64,000 nucleotides of DNA from Methanotrichaceae archaeon (GCA_963803145.1 CAWDLW010000008.1:64001-128000), one strand, 5' to 3'. Positions 32,672-43,424 are shown, numbered from the stretch's first letter. The notes: generated from the sequence alone by a model not told the origin. Made by a program: numbers and translations.

Positions 32672-33130
32672 CTAAAACTGTCGATTGCACCGCTTGATCT
32701 TACATATGCACTTACTCGTGGATAGCGGCCCATACCTCTGAATGTCCTTTCCGCTAATCCCCGAATGGTATCGCCACGCTAATCTGGTATCCTCTGTGAT
32801 CTTAAATGTATCCGGAGTGCACATTGGCAGTTTCCATCCAGCTTGGTTTTTCTCAAAAATATAGTAAATCCAGAAGTGATTGATATCGACTTTGAACCCA
32901 TCGACGGCTGTAACCATAGCCCCATGATGGCCCGTAGCGCTCTCGTCTGGCGTATATTCGATATCTGCTGCTCCTTCTAAGGCATCCAGTGCATTGATCC
33001 CAGGCTCTGCTAATAGTTTCTTATGCCTGACAATATCATTGCCGTAGTTAATGTATACATCAATTTGTATTTTGTTGCGGCTGTGTATCTTGTTGCGGCT
33101 GAACAGCATTGGTCCATATCTTCGCATCAA
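32672..33130 (-). CDS. DUF4430/transcobalamin C-terminal-like domain protein
   Basis: NALDAL, MVTAVDG, FWIYY, LAWRY pattern. Confidence 0.65.
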   Translation of the reverse strand: MMRRYGPMLFSRNKIHSRNKIQIDVYINYGNDIVRHKKLLAEPGINALDALEGAADIEYTPDESATGHHGAMVTAVDGFKVDINHFWIYYIFEKNQAGWKLPMCTPDTFKITEDTRLAWRYHSGISGKDIQRYGPLSTSKCICKIKRCNRQF

Positions 33131-33498
33131 GGTTCATAAACTTTTCATGCTATCGGCATCAGACACAACACGGAGTACTACAGCAATAATATACGGCATT
33201 CAGGCAGGGGCGGCAGATGGACTACTTTAGGTACGCCGTGCCACGTATCGCCATAGCTAAGGAGATAGCCGAGAACGATTGATTTGATTATGCTTGAAAA
33301 CCTTAAGCTTGCCACGGATCATTGAGCGGCACAATAAGGCCAAAATCAGCAAGCTATTCTGTAGCTGCCACCTACTGCTAATACGGAATGGCAATTAGAA
33401 TAGAACCTTTTTATGCTTCTGTCTAATTTCTGAATCAAAAATGGGAACAATCGTCTATATGGTCTAATAGGACCCTAGTAGTTTTCATGGTGAGGGAG

Positions 33499-33785
33499 AT
33501 GAAGTATCTGGGATTGGCTGTAATAGCAAGCTTAATGAGGCAATCTCTAGGCACTGCCACCTCCTCCTCTAGCGATAGCATCTCAAATCTCAAAAAAAGC
33601 TCACTTCAGCCAACGAAGGCCATCTGATTAATTCCCAGCATCTGGCATTCTTCCTCGCCACTCATAATTACGATGTTACGCCGAAAGATGGGTATGTGGA
33701 GCTTAAGCTTGATGGACAAGCGTATAAGCTCACTCCCAATGGGAATAAGCCCGAACTTTATGAAAAGGTAAAATTAAATTCGTAG
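33499..33785 (+). pseudogene. Frameshifted small secreted protein, copy 2 (LAFFLATHNYD family)
   Basis: MKYLGLAVIASL.., shift in A7 run at ~33592, then HLAFFLATHNYDVTPKDGYVELKLDGQAYKLTPNG. Confidence 0.7.
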
Positions 33786-33797
33786 GGGTAATATAAT

Positions 33798-34067
33798 ATG
33801 TCAAATAAGAGAAATCCAAATGCGGTCACAGCTCAAATCTTAGAGTTATGCATGGATGGTGCAAACAAGACAAGAGTCATATATCAGGCGAACCTGAACT
33901 CTGTAGTAGGCAATCGCTATTTAGCGAATCTGAAAGAAAATGGATTCATAGATGCCATACCTGATGGCTCTAGGTTCATATATAAAACAACACCGAAGGG
34001 GCTGGAACTACAAGAGAAACTTGGGCAGTTCCAAAGCCTGATCGATAAGTTATACTCAAGCGTATAA
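33798..34067 (+). CDS. Winged-helix transcriptional regulator (COG3432-like)
   Basis: ILELC.DGANKTRVIYQANLN..YKTTPKG; paralogue of the 21196 gene. Confidence 0.82.
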   Translation: MSNKRNPNAVTAQILELCMDGANKTRVIYQANLNSVVGNRYLANLKENGFIDAIPDGSRFIYKTTPKGLELQEKLGQFQSLIDKLYSSV

Positions 34068-34661
34068 CCAAGTCATTGCTGCATCACGTTCATAACCAGC
34101 GCCGCAATGAAAATATGGATATGGCGCTATTTTAACCTTTAGATGGAGTGAACCGGTTTAATAAGCGATTAACTACGCCCCAACTCGACTTCGAACGACC
34201 TGAAGCAAGAATAAGAAGGGGCGATTAAGTTATCGGCTTTAGAGGGAGATACGCCCCTTCACCTATCCATTAAAGGTGATCATAGTTTAAATATTTTATG
34301 AATTTCAGATTCATATTTCGCTTTTTGTAGTGCTTCTTTCAGCCTTTTGCCTTATGCTTTCAGCCTTAGACTGCACTGTTGCGTCATGTGGTTAAAAGAT
34401 AGCGGGCTACATTATCACTTTTTGCTTCCTTGTCATAGCTACTATAATACGTAACAGGACATCCTTGGAATTCAGATGAAGCATTGGAGCAGGGATTATA
34501 GAGCATATCTGCCATCCTTCCCCTTTATGGATAGATCCTCTTTTCAATCATTGCACTTTCCCTAAGGGACGATGTTCTAGCTTTCAGTTACAGTTCTCTC
34601 CTAAGATAAAGGGTACTATTTTAAGTTATTTAGGTTACAATACATCTATGAGGGAAGAAGA

Positions 34662-35837
34662 ATGGACCGAAATGTTGCTGATGCGCTTGTTAAAGAAATT
34701 ATGCTGGATTTCGCCCGGATAACAGGACTTGAACCTGTTAATGCCCACGCTAAACGATACTTATGGACGGATGCATTCGCAGTATGCAACTACCTCGAGC
34801 TTTTTCGCCGGACGAAGGATGTCACATATCGGGATCTAGCTTTGCGACTGGTTGATCAGGTACATCACACCCTCGGTCGGCACCGTGATGACGACCCTAG
34901 ACGCGGCTGGATTAGCAGCCTTGATGAGCAGGAGGGCGAGCAGCACCCGACAATAAGGGGCCTCAGGATTGGAAAGCAGCTGAACGAGCGGAAGGTTGAC
35001 GAGCCATTTAATGAGCGTTTGGAATGGGATCAGGATGGGCAGTACTACCATTACCTGACGAAGTGGATGCATGCTCTCAACCGTGTGAGCCAGGTCACAG
35101 GAGATCCAAACTATCTCAAATGGGCGATAGAACTTGCCCAGGCGGCCCACAGCAGATTCACATATGCCTCCAAATCTGGAGGAAGAAGGAGAATGTACTG
35201 GAAAATGAGCATCGATCTGAGTTATCCTCTTGTTCCCTCAATGGGCCAGCATGATCCTCTCGACGGTCTTGTCACATATTGCGAGCTGCAGGCGACGGCA
35301 ACAAGAGATTTCAAAGAATCGTCATTGCCCAGTCTCAAGCATGAGATTGCAGATATGGCCGAAATCTGCAGAGGCATGGGATTGGCTACAGACGATCCTC
35401 TGGGAATCGGCGGACTTCTTTCGGATTCTTCACGAATTGCACAGTTGATGATGCAGTGTAGTTCAAATTACGAGAGCCTGCTTGATGCAGTCGTGAACTC
35501 TGCCCTGCTTGGAATGGAAGCATTTACAAGAAGCGGTTCACTGGAATATCCTGCAGAGTACCGACTTGCCTTCCGCGAGCTTGGGCTGTCTATTGGGCTC
35601 TCGGCGGTCGAAAAATTGCAGAAATGGACTCAGGGAAATCCGAGCCTGTTCCAAAGAGAGGGTCATCTGCATCGTCGGGTTGAAGATCTTATGGGATATG
35701 AGCCGCTTCGGGAAACGATAGAACAGTTTTGGATAGATGGCAGAAACAGAGAGGCTAGTACCTGGACAGAGCATCGTGAAATAAATATGGTCATGCTTGC
35801 GACAAGTGTTTCTCCGGATGAATTCCTGATGATCTGA
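34662..35837 (+). CDS. Conserved hypothetical alpha-helical protein (possible alpha/alpha barrel)
   Basis: RYLWTDAFAV, DGQYYHYLTKWMHAL, MGQHDPLDG, RLAFRELG, HREIN.VMLA. Confidence 0.8.
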   Translation: MDRNVADALVKEIMLDFARITGLEPVNAHAKRYLWTDAFAVCNYLELFRRTKDVTYRDLALRLVDQVHHTLGRHRDDDPRRGWISSLDEQEGEQHPTIRGLRIGKQLNERKVDEPFNERLEWDQDGQYYHYLTKWMHALNRVSQVTGDPNYLKWAIELAQAAHSRFTYASKSGGRRRMYWKMSIDLSYPLVPSMGQHDPLDGLVTYCELQATATRDFKESSLPSLKHEIADMAEICRGMGLATDDPLGIGGLLSDSSRIAQLMMQCSSNYESLLDAVVNSALLGMEAFTRSGSLEYPAEYRLAFRELGLSIGLSAVEKLQKWTQGNPSLFQREGHLHRRVEDLMGYEPLRETIEQFWIDGRNREASTWTEHREINMVMLATSVSPDEFLMI

Positions 35838-35939
35838 GTATTTGAGGTCAATATCAGAGAGTTTGATGTTAGTAATTCAAATGCATCGTTCTTTGATTGT
35901 TCTAACTATGTACAAAGAAGATCTAGGAGACGAACCCGC

Positions 35940-36148
35940 CAAGATATCCTGGTTCCAACGGTCGCTGTAGGTCTTGCCGAGATGGGCGATAAGACCCAGT
36001 TCTCTCTGTCATGGCCATTTACCTCGGCAGGTTCATTCCAGGCAAGATATATAGAAAAATGATAACAAAGGTTGCAGGTGTTGTCTTCATATTGATAGGA
36101 TTATCGTTTATAATTTCTGCAGCATCTGCATTTGCCGGTCATATTTAG
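35940..36148 (+). pseudogene. Internally deleted UPF0016 (TMEM165/GDT1) Mn/Ca transporter gene
   Basis: QDILVPTVAVGLAEMGDKTQ (ExGDKT motif) joined out of frame to LSVMAIYLGRFI..ITKVAGVVFILIGLSF. Confidence 0.8.
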
Positions 36149-36241
36149 ATAAGACCACGGCATTTGTAGAGAAACATTCTTGTAGCATAGGACCATAATG
36201 AGATACTCTAATAATAAGAGACCCGCGGAGGATAATAGTAT

Positions 36242-37195
36242 TTGATATCAATCGAGTTCCTGCTTTGGGCGATTTTTGGAGCCTCTATTTTAATTATGCT
36301 CGCCCTCGATCTGGGCATATTTCACAGAAAATCTCATGAGATAAGCATCAAGGAGGCGCTAATTTGGAGCCTCATCTGGATTGTAATTGCTGCAGCCTTC
36401 AATGTCCTCGTCTACCTATGGATGGGAACTGAGGCAGCCATCGAGTTCACAGCGGGCTATTTAGTCGAGAGAATGTTGAGCTTTGATAATTTGTTCGTCT
36501 TCCTGCTTGTATTCTCCTACTTCAAGGTTCCATCCCTTTACCAATATAAGGTGCTCTTCTGGGGAATTTTGGCGGCGCTTGTCATGAGGGGAGCATTTAT
36601 AGTCGCAGGAATCGAACTGATCGATAACTTTCACTGGATAATCTATCTATTCGGAGCATTCCTCCTTGTAACCGGCCTGAAGATGTTTGTACGAAAGGAT
36701 GAGGATGAAATAGATGTTGGAGGTAATCCAGTGCTTAAGTTATGCAGAAGGTTTTTGCCGACCACTGACAACTACAGCGATGGCAACTTCTTCATCCGAA
36801 CTGCAGGAAAGTTCTTTGCAACGCCGTTATTCATAGTACTTCTAGTTGTGGAGACAACAGACATAATCTTCGCCTTCGACTCTGTGCCTGCAATCCTAGG
36901 AATAACACTGAAGCCCTTCGTGGTTTACACATCGAATATATTCGCAATACTTGGCCTGCGTTCACTTTACTTCGCACTGGCCGGATGTATGACGATGTTC
37001 CATTACCTAGGCCACGGCGTGACACTCATACTGATATTCATCGGAACAAAGATGCTGCTCTCAGGGTTCTATGAGATAGATGCTGGGATTGCCCTGGGGG
37101 TTATCGTTCTAATTCTCGCCGGGTCAATTGGGCTATCTATACTCTTGCCGAACGGCAGATCATGCAAGGTTAAGTCCGGATCTAATTCGAAGTGA
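36242..37195 (+). CDS. TerC/Alx-family metal efflux membrane protein
   Basis: LVE..LSFDNLFVF, DIIFAFDSVPAI, SNIFAILGLRSLYF. Confidence 0.93.
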   Translation: MISIEFLLWAIFGASILIMLALDLGIFHRKSHEISIKEALIWSLIWIVIAAAFNVLVYLWMGTEAAIEFTAGYLVERMLSFDNLFVFLLVFSYFKVPSLYQYKVLFWGILAALVMRGAFIVAGIELIDNFHWIIYLFGAFLLVTGLKMFVRKDEDEIDVGGNPVLKLCRRFLPTTDNYSDGNFFIRTAGKFFATPLFIVLLVVETTDIIFAFDSVPAILGITLKPFVVYTSNIFAILGLRSLYFALAGCMTMFHYLGHGVTLILIFIGTKMLLSGFYEIDAGIALGVIVLILAGSIGLSILLPNGRSCKVKSGSNSK

Positions 37196-37373
37196 TAGCC
37201 CATGATAAAGCTCAAAGAGCACTTCGAGATGATGGAACTTTGTGTCTGTGAAAATGCATAAGCTTTTGACCACAATTGGATGAAAGAGATAAAAAGTAAA
37301 TACCAGGGAAAACGCCAATTACCTAGAGCGTCCCTCTTCAGTACCTTTATTTTAATACTGCCCTCCTATCCGC

Positions 37374-37799
37374 CTATTGTTGACTGAAGGCCGGTAAAAT
37401 GCCGAGCTGAGCCATCAAACCCAGCAGATTTGCCTCGCCCCAAAGCTCTGCGATCTTGCCGTCCTCGATCCTAAAGATCTCGATACCTGTCATAGTTATC
37501 GGCTTACCTGTTGGAGGCAGGTTCATAAAGCTACCCTTATGGACACCACGTGCTATAAATCGGGCAGTCACTTCATCTCCTTCTGCAACCAAATCTTCTA
37601 CTGCGACATTAAGGTGCTCGAAGGCCGCACGACATGTGGAGATGATATCGTTTATGCCCTGTATGCCTGGGGCAGAAGGAAGCGGCGTATGCAGTGAGAA
37701 GTTGGGAGATAAAAGCTCGGTTGCAGCTCCCAAGTTTCCTTTTGAAGGCCCTTCCTCAAAGAACCTTCGAACGATTGCCTTGTTTTCTTCTATAGACAT
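37374..37799 (-). CDS. SnoaL-like ester cyclase family protein
   Basis: EENKAIVRRF, VAEGD.V, G.H.G.F..LPPTGK, DGKIAE.W. Confidence 0.9.
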   Translation of the reverse strand: MSIEENKAIVRRFFEEGPSKGNLGAATELLSPNFSLHTPLPSAPGIQGINDIISTCRAAFEHLNVAVEDLVAEGDEVTARFIARGVHKGSFMNLPPTGKPITMTGIEIFRIEDGKIAELWGEANLLGLMAQLGILPAFSQQ

Positions 37800-37862
37800 T
37801 TATTCCTCCGTAATACATATTTACAAAAATGTGATAAAAAGATAGTTCTCTGAAATCTTTGG

Positions 37863-38201
37863 TTACTGCACCTTTGTAGCCTCTTTTGGTCTGGGTGTCT
37901 TGACCACGAGAATGCGCCCAAGGCTGTTACCTTCGTTGATTAGGCGGTGAGGTATCTTGGCAGGGCTCTCTATAAGAGTATCCGGACCCGCTACTGCCCT
38001 CTCATCGCCGATTTCGACAGTTACTTTGCCCTCCAGAATGTAAAAGAAGACATCCACTGGGGTGATATGCTTCTTTAAAGCCTGCCCGGGCTTCAAGGCT
38101 ATATGAGCTACCTGGGCATTTTTAGTATCGCTGATACTTCGTACATCAACGCCATGTGGATTCGGCTTGCTTTCAACATTTTTTACTTCAACAATCTTCG
38201 T
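37863..38201 (-). CDS. Cupin domain protein (apparent ACG start at 38201)
   Basis: Frame extends upstream of track ORF as (ACG)KIVEVKNVESKPNPHGVDVR; H.TP..FYILEG, PH.L.N. Confidence 0.78.
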   Translation of the reverse strand, partial: TKIVEVKNVESKPNPHGVDVRSISDTKNAQVAHIALKPGQALKKHITPVDVFFYILEGKVTVEIGDERAVAGPDTLIESPAKIPHRLINEGNSLGRILVVKTPRPKEATKVQ

Positions 38202-38292
38202 CTCAACACCCTCACAAGTTCATTTTACTCTCTATGATGGCGCTCGTCCTCATATTATAGTATATTAATGATACCAACCTATATAGAGTAGA

Positions 38293-38500
38293 ATGTTTCT
38301 AGAAGGATACTATGCAGGATGTGCTGTTAACCCGGCGGTCAGATATATTGCAAGGAAATGGACACTGCTGATACTCCTGGAGCTATACTAAGGAAATGAT
38401 CATGCAAAGATACTTTCAGAGCTGAATGTCTGCCTCGAATGTATTAATCAGAAAATGCTTTCTGCATGTACAGCTGAAGGAGCTGGAGAAAAGGAATAAT
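38293..38500 (+). pseudogene. HxlR-family regulator remnant, divergent from cupin
   Basis: CAVNPAVRYIARKWTLLILLELY*G..SEL..KMLS / LKELEK with stop, frameshift and truncation. Confidence 0.75.
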
Positions 38501-38558
38501 AGAGATCGGGTTGAATATAATTGAGAAGGTAGATTCTGCCTCATGTCATTTTTATCTT

Positions 38559-41500
38559 TCAAATTTTATTCTTGGGGGGGGTAATATTGCGCAGTAGCAT
38601 TGCAAGATCGTCAACTTTTACAGGCTTTGCGATGTAGTCGTCCGCGCCGGCTTCCAGGCACTTCTCACGATCGCCATCCATTGCGAAAGCCGTGATAGCT
38701 ACTACCTTCGGCCCATTTTCGGGCCAGAGCTTTCGTATCTCCCTGGTGGCAGTGAGTCCATCCATCTCTGGCATCTGTATATCCATGAATACTAGGTCGT
38801 AAGGCCGGATTTGAAGAGCTTGCAGCACTTCGCGGCCATCTGCAACAGCGTCGGGCCTGTACCCCAACCGTTTCAGCATCTCAACGAGAACCCTCTGGTT
38901 TGAAGGATTGTCTTCGGCCACAAGAATGCTCAGGGGCTTTTGGGCCGAGAGGTTCTCATACTCAACTCTATCCTTCTCATCTAAATCTAATTGCTTTCCT
39001 GGGATAGTCTCTGCCTGGATTGTGAATCTGAAAGTAGAGCCTTTGCCTTCATCGCTTTCTGCCCAGATCTCTCCACCCATAAGTTCAACAAGCTTCTTGC
39101 TTATGGCGAGTCCGAGTCCTGCGCCATCACGCTTGCGGCTTATTACATATTCAAGCTGCGTAAAGGGTAGGAAAAGTCTATCCATCTTATCCTGGGGCAT
39201 ACCTATGCCAGTATCCTTGGCTGCGAAGGTTATCTGGCGCTTATTGCCTTCGAGTGTTTTGGAGGAGACTGATACGGATATATCCCCAACATCAGTAAAC
39301 TTGACAGCATTACTAAGCAAATTGACTAGAACCTGTCGAAGCCTTCCGGGATCACTGATGATAGTATCTGGGGTCCCGTAGCTGACGGTATAAGCGAGGT
39401 TCAAGCCTTTTTTATCGGCCTGCACAGCCACCATATCCATAGACTCTTCGATGCAACGCCTGAGGCTGAGAGGCTGATGCTCCAGCGTTATCTTCTCCTT
39501 CTCTGCCCTGGAAAACTCAAGGATATCGCTGATGATTGATAGGAGAGCTTCACCACCCTTCCTGATTCTCTCAATATCCTCCTTCTGATCCTGTGTGAGA
39601 TTATCAGCCAGGAGAAGGCTAGAGAAACCGATCACTGCATTCAGGGGTGTCCTTAGCTCATGACTCATGTTTGCCAGGAAAGCTGCCTTGGCCTCGACCG
39701 CCGCTTCTGCAGCCTCCTTCGATCTTCTTAGTTCCTCTTCGGCCTTCTTGCGGTATGTGATATCCATAGTTGCGCAGGTTATGCCTTCAATCTCTCCCGT
39801 CGCATTACGCAAAGGCTCTACAGTAAGGTCGCCAAAGACTTCCACTCCATTGACCGTTACTCGGACCTCCGCTCGTTCTCCAATGCCGCGCTCCAATACC
39901 CTGCGCTTGATCTTGGTTAGTTCTGCGGCATCTTCTGGGGGGAAAATGTCTTCATCCGTCTTTCCAAGAATTATATCCGTGCTGAGCCCTGGAGTAGGAT
40001 TATACACCCAAGTATATCGAAGATCTCTATCCTGGTTGAATACCGCTATCGGAGAATTTTTAAGGCCAACCCTGAAGCGATCCTCGCTTTCTATCAGAGC
40101 CAGGTTGGCCTTCACAAGTTCAGCAGTCCTTGCCTGGACTCTCAGATCGAGTTCATCCTTTGCTTTGCGAAGCTCCTCCTCCATCTGCTTGCGCTCTGTG
40201 ATATCATGAGTTATGCCAAGGATCTGATGAACATTACCATTTTCATCGAGCAATGGAATGATGTTAATGATGATTACCTGTCCACCCATGCTTGCATGCC
40301 TAGTACGTTCAAGCATCTGAGGCGTCCTGAACTCTATAGCTTGCTTCAAGGCCGGAAGGTAAGAATCGATCAGCTCAGGCGGGAAGATCTCCTCATCTCT
40401 CCGCCCGACCACCTCCTGCTCAGAGCGGCCGATGATCTGAAGGCCCTTGGAATTGATGTATCGTATCCTTCTTTCTGAATCGTAGATCACAAGTACATTG
40501 GGAAAGCTATCTATGGCATCTTTGAACCTCTGCTCGCTCTTGTGCAATGCCTCCTCAGCCTCTTTTAGCTTCGTTAGGTCATTGCCGATAGCGAGAAGCT
40601 CGACCAGATTGCCCTGATCATCGTAGATGGGTTTGTTAGCCCAGGACATCCATACAAGCCTGCCATCTTTTCGAATATTTTGATGAGAATTCGTTGGATA
40701 ACTATCTGGACGATGCATCAAGTCTTCCGCCATCGCCGCAATGTCGTGACCTTCATCATCTTTTATTGGGATGATCGTACCAAGCGCTCTCTTGCCGATA
40801 ATCTCCTCGGGAGAATAGCCAAAGAATTGCAGCCCATACTGGTTCATAAAAGTGATACGCATATCCTTGTCAGCCAACAGAATGACGCTGCCCGAGCCTT
40901 CAACCAGTTGGCGATATTTCTCCTGGCTTTGTCGCAGCGCATCCTCGGCCCGCTTCCGCTCAGTGATATCCTTCATAGTAGCGACTACGCCCGCTATCTC
41001 GCCTTTGTTATCGTAGATCGGGGCAGCAGAGGCAAGGATTGTGAACTTTTTGTCAGAACCATGATCGGCGTCCATTTCGAGATCCCTGACCAATTCGCCT
41101 TTAATTGCCCTATTAAATGGTAGTTCTTCGCATCTGAAGGGCTCACCATTGGGAGAAACTATCGGCTTTATACGTTCGGCAAATGGACGAGTATAATCCT
41201 CCTCAGTCAACCTACTAATTTTCCTAGCTGCTTCATTCATATAGATGATATTTGCTGATTTATCGTATATCACAACGCCATCAGCTATCGATGAGAATGC
41301 TGCTTCCATTTCTCTGGCCTGGCGTTCGGCATTTTTTGCGATGTCTTCTGCTTTCAATTTTTCCAGCTTTATCTCTTCTTCCATGAGCTTACGTTCGGTT
41401 ATGTCCGTAAGGGTGATCACGCAGCCTATGATCCTGCCATTCGTACTCTTCAGAGGTCCGGCGTTCAGGAGCAAGTGAAACAGCATGCCGTCACTTCGCT

Positions 41501-42245
41501 TAAGACTTGCCTCGACCTGCAGTAGAACATCACCTCCCAGAGCCGACGAGATAGGATATAGCTTCTTGCCGACCGGGATCCGCAGGTCGAATAAGTCCTC
41601 AAAACTCTGGAGCGATGGATCACAGCCCAAGATCCTGAGTACAGCATTGCTGAAACGGATGACCTTTCCTCTCTCATCGCAGACTATGACTGCCTCAGCC
41701 GTCTGCTCGATGATGGAACGAGCCAGCTTCTCTGCAGCAACAATCTCTTCTTTTCGCTTCTGCTCTGTCAGGTCGGTGAAAACAACGCAAAAAGCTTCCT
41801 GGGATTCTGAAAGCTGGATGGAATTAATGGAGATATAAACAGGCATTATGCTTTCATCTTCAGCTTGAAGAGTCAGTTCACCCCTGCCGAGGCCCTCCTG
41901 AAGAACTCTGAATGATGCCTGATCAGACTGTGGGATGAAACGGTAGATGGACGAGCCTATCACTTTTTCCAGAGGCGACTTCGTCATATCTGCAAAATGG
42001 CGGTTGCAGTAGAGAATAGTTCCGTCTGAGGTCATGGTGACTGCGCCATCGTTCATGGCCTCAATGAGAATACGGTAGGCGCGATCTGCCCCTTCGAGAG
42101 TGAAAACCTGCTCACCTTGCGATCCGGAGATGACCAGAGCATCTACCTCACCACCTTTTATGGCTCGCAGAAGCTCCTGAGACTCAGCTAAACCTTTACG
42201 CAGCTCTTCGATCTCGGCTAAGAGTTCCTCATAAGATTCGGCCAT
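38559..42245 (-). CDS. Cytoplasmic multi-PAS hybrid histidine kinase (PAS x~6-HisKA-HATPase-REC)
   Basis: Repeated DITERK PAC ends, FLANMSHELRTP, NAVKF, DTGIG, GLGL, REC AEDN..MD..KP; no TM. Confidence 0.94.
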   Translation of the reverse strand: MAESYEELLAEIEELRKGLAESQELLRAIKGGEVDALVISGSQGEQVFTLEGADRAYRILIEAMNDGAVTMTSDGTILYCNRHFADMTKSPLEKVIGSSIYRFIPQSDQASFRVLQEGLGRGELTLQAEDESIMPVYISINSIQLSESQEAFCVVFTDLTEQKRKEEIVAAEKLARSIIEQTAEAVIVCDERGKVIRFSNAVLRILGCDPSLQSFEDLFDLRIPVGKKLYPISSALGGDVLLQVEASLKRSDGMLFHLLLNAGPLKSTNGRIIGCVITLTDITERKLMEEEIKLEKLKAEDIAKNAERQAREMEAAFSSIADGVVIYDKSANIIYMNEAARKISRLTEEDYTRPFAERIKPIVSPNGEPFRCEELPFNRAIKGELVRDLEMDADHGSDKKFTILASAAPIYDNKGEIAGVVATMKDITERKRAEDALRQSQEKYRQLVEGSGSVILLADKDMRITFMNQYGLQFFGYSPEEIIGKRALGTIIPIKDDEGHDIAAMAEDLMHRPDSYPTNSHQNIRKDGRLVWMSWANKPIYDDQGNLVELLAIGNDLTKLKEAEEALHKSEQRFKDAIDSFPNVLVIYDSERRIRYINSKGLQIIGRSEQEVVGRRDEEIFPPELIDSYLPALKQAIEFRTPQMLERTRHASMGGQVIIINIIPLLDENGNVHQILGITHDITERKQMEEELRKAKDELDLRVQARTAELVKANLALIESEDRFRVGLKNSPIAVFNQDRDLRYTWVYNPTPGLSTDIILGKTDEDIFPPEDAAELTKIKRRVLERGIGERAEVRVTVNGVEVFGDLTVEPLRNATGEIEGITCATMDITYRKKAEEELRRSKEAAEAAVEAKAAFLANMSHELRTPLNAVIGFSSLLLADNLTQDQKEDIERIRKGGEALLSIISDILEFSRAEKEKITLEHQPLSLRRCIEESMDMVAVQADKKGLNLAYTVSYGTPDTIISDPGRLRQVLVNLLSNAVKFTDVGDISVSVSSKTLEGNKRQITFAAKDTGIGMPQDKMDRLFLPFTQLEYVISRKRDGAGLGLAISKKLVELMGGEIWAESDEGKGSTFRFTIQAETIPGKQLDLDEKDRVEYENLSAQKPLSILVAEDNPSNQRVLVEMLKRLGYRPDAVADGREVLQALQIRPYDLVFMDIQMPEMDGLTATREIRKLWPENGPKVVAITAFAMDGDREKCLEAGADDYIAKPVKVDDLAMLLRNITPPKNKI

Positions 42246-42299
42246 AACGCTGCTCCATCTTCATGGGTTTGTGGAGTTTCATCTCTTGCCTAGGATTAA

Positions 42300-42698
42300 T
42301 TACTTTTGTTTCCCGATATGCAGGTCCAAGCCTACAAGGGCACGCTTTTTGTCTGACATGCTCCCAACCAATTTTCTCAGAGGCGGAGGAAGCTCTTTGA
42401 TGAGGGTTGGTACTGCAACAATCTGGCCTTCCTTGGCTAAGATAGGTTGCTGGTAGATATCGATTATATCGAGCTGGTACCGCCCAGGCATATTCGCCTC
42501 GCAGATCTTTATGGTGTTCTCAATTGCCAGGATGGATCTCGGACTCATGCCAGCAACGTAGAGATGCAGGACATACTTCTCAGTGCCCATTCTCTCCAGA
42601 GCTTTCTCGAACCGTTCAGACGCATCGGTTGATTTCTCTATCGAATCACTGTTTCCTGCCTTATCGCCATCATCCATTTGATCACCAATTAGTACCAC
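42300..42698 (-). CDS. kaiB: KaiB-family protein (third in operon)
   Basis: LHLYVAG, IDIYQQP.LA..QIVAVPTLIKELPPPLRKLVGSMS. Confidence 0.92.
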   Translation of the reverse strand: MVLIGDQMDDGDKAGNSDSIEKSTDASERFEKALERMGTEKYVLHLYVAGMSPRSILAIENTIKICEANMPGRYQLDIIDIYQQPILAKEGQIVAVPTLIKELPPPLRKLVGSMSDKKRALVGLDLHIGKQK

Positions 42699-42703
42699 GG
42701 CAT

Positions 42704-43057
42704 TCAGTTTGTTTTGGAGCAGATACCCAGGCCAGTCAGCACACGCTCTGTATTGGACATATTTCCTACAAGCCTTCTCAAAGGCAGAGGAGTCTCCTTG
42801 ATGAGGGTTGGTGCCGCTATGATCTGGTTTTCTCTGGCAAGGGCTGGACTCTGGCAGATATCGATTATATCAAGCCGGTAGTGCCCAGAGAGGTTCTTCT
42901 CGCATATATCCTCGATGTTCTCGATGGCCTGAACAGACTTGAAATTCATATTCGCTACGTAGAGATGCAAAACAAATATATCGGTGGTTTTGTTATTCAG
43001 AGTTTTTTCGGACTTGCTTTTATCAAGCCCATCTATAGGTCTATTTAATTCAACCAT
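42704..43057 (-). CDS. kaiB: KaiB-family protein (second in operon)
   Basis: LHLYVA, IDICQSPALA..QIIAAPTLIKETPLPLRRLVGNMS. Confidence 0.9.
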   Translation of the reverse strand: MVELNRPIDGLDKSKSEKTLNNKTTDIFVLHLYVANMNFKSVQAIENIEDICEKNLSGHYRLDIIDICQSPALARENQIIAAPTLIKETPLPLRRLVGNMSNTERVLTGLGICSKTN

Positions 43058-43079
43058 TGCATATCATCTTGAACCACCC

Positions 43080-43418
43080 TTAATCAGCAGGACGCAAATC
43101 GAGACCTATCAGCACCTTCTCGGTATTCGAGAGATCGCCTATGATCTTTTTGATTGGTGGAGGAAGCCTCCGTACAAGCGTAGGAATAGCGAGGATCTGG
43201 TCGCCCTTCGCGAGCTGTGGATGCTCCAGAAGATCGATGACCTCGATTGTGTACTTGCCCTTCAGATGCTCATCACTTATCTTCTTGAGATTTGCGAAGG
43301 CTGCCATGCTCTTCTTAGTCTGGCCTGCCACGTAGAGACGCAGGATGTAAATTTGGTCGTCCTGCAAGTAGCCGGAAGTTTCCATATCTTCTTCAGTACT
43401 TTCATCCATCGTATCCAT
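43080..43418 (-). CDS. kaiB: KaiB-family protein (first in operon, most canonical)
   Basis: [44 protein letters not shown]. Confidence 0.95.
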   Translation of the reverse strand: MDTMDESTEEDMETSGYLQDDQIYILRLYVAGQTKKSMAAFANLKKISDEHLKGKYTIEVIDLLEHPQLAKGDQILAIPTLVRRLPPPIKKIIGDLSNTEKVLIGLDLRPAD

Positions 43419-43424
43419 CCGAAT

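Noticed and set aside
33130-33420. Cobalamin riboswitch upstream of the DUF4430-like gene
   Set aside because: No B12-element core found on the minus strand
35850-36240. yybP-ykoY Mn riboswitch upstream of terC
   Set aside because: Region is explained by the UPF0016 remnant; riboswitch consensus not recognised
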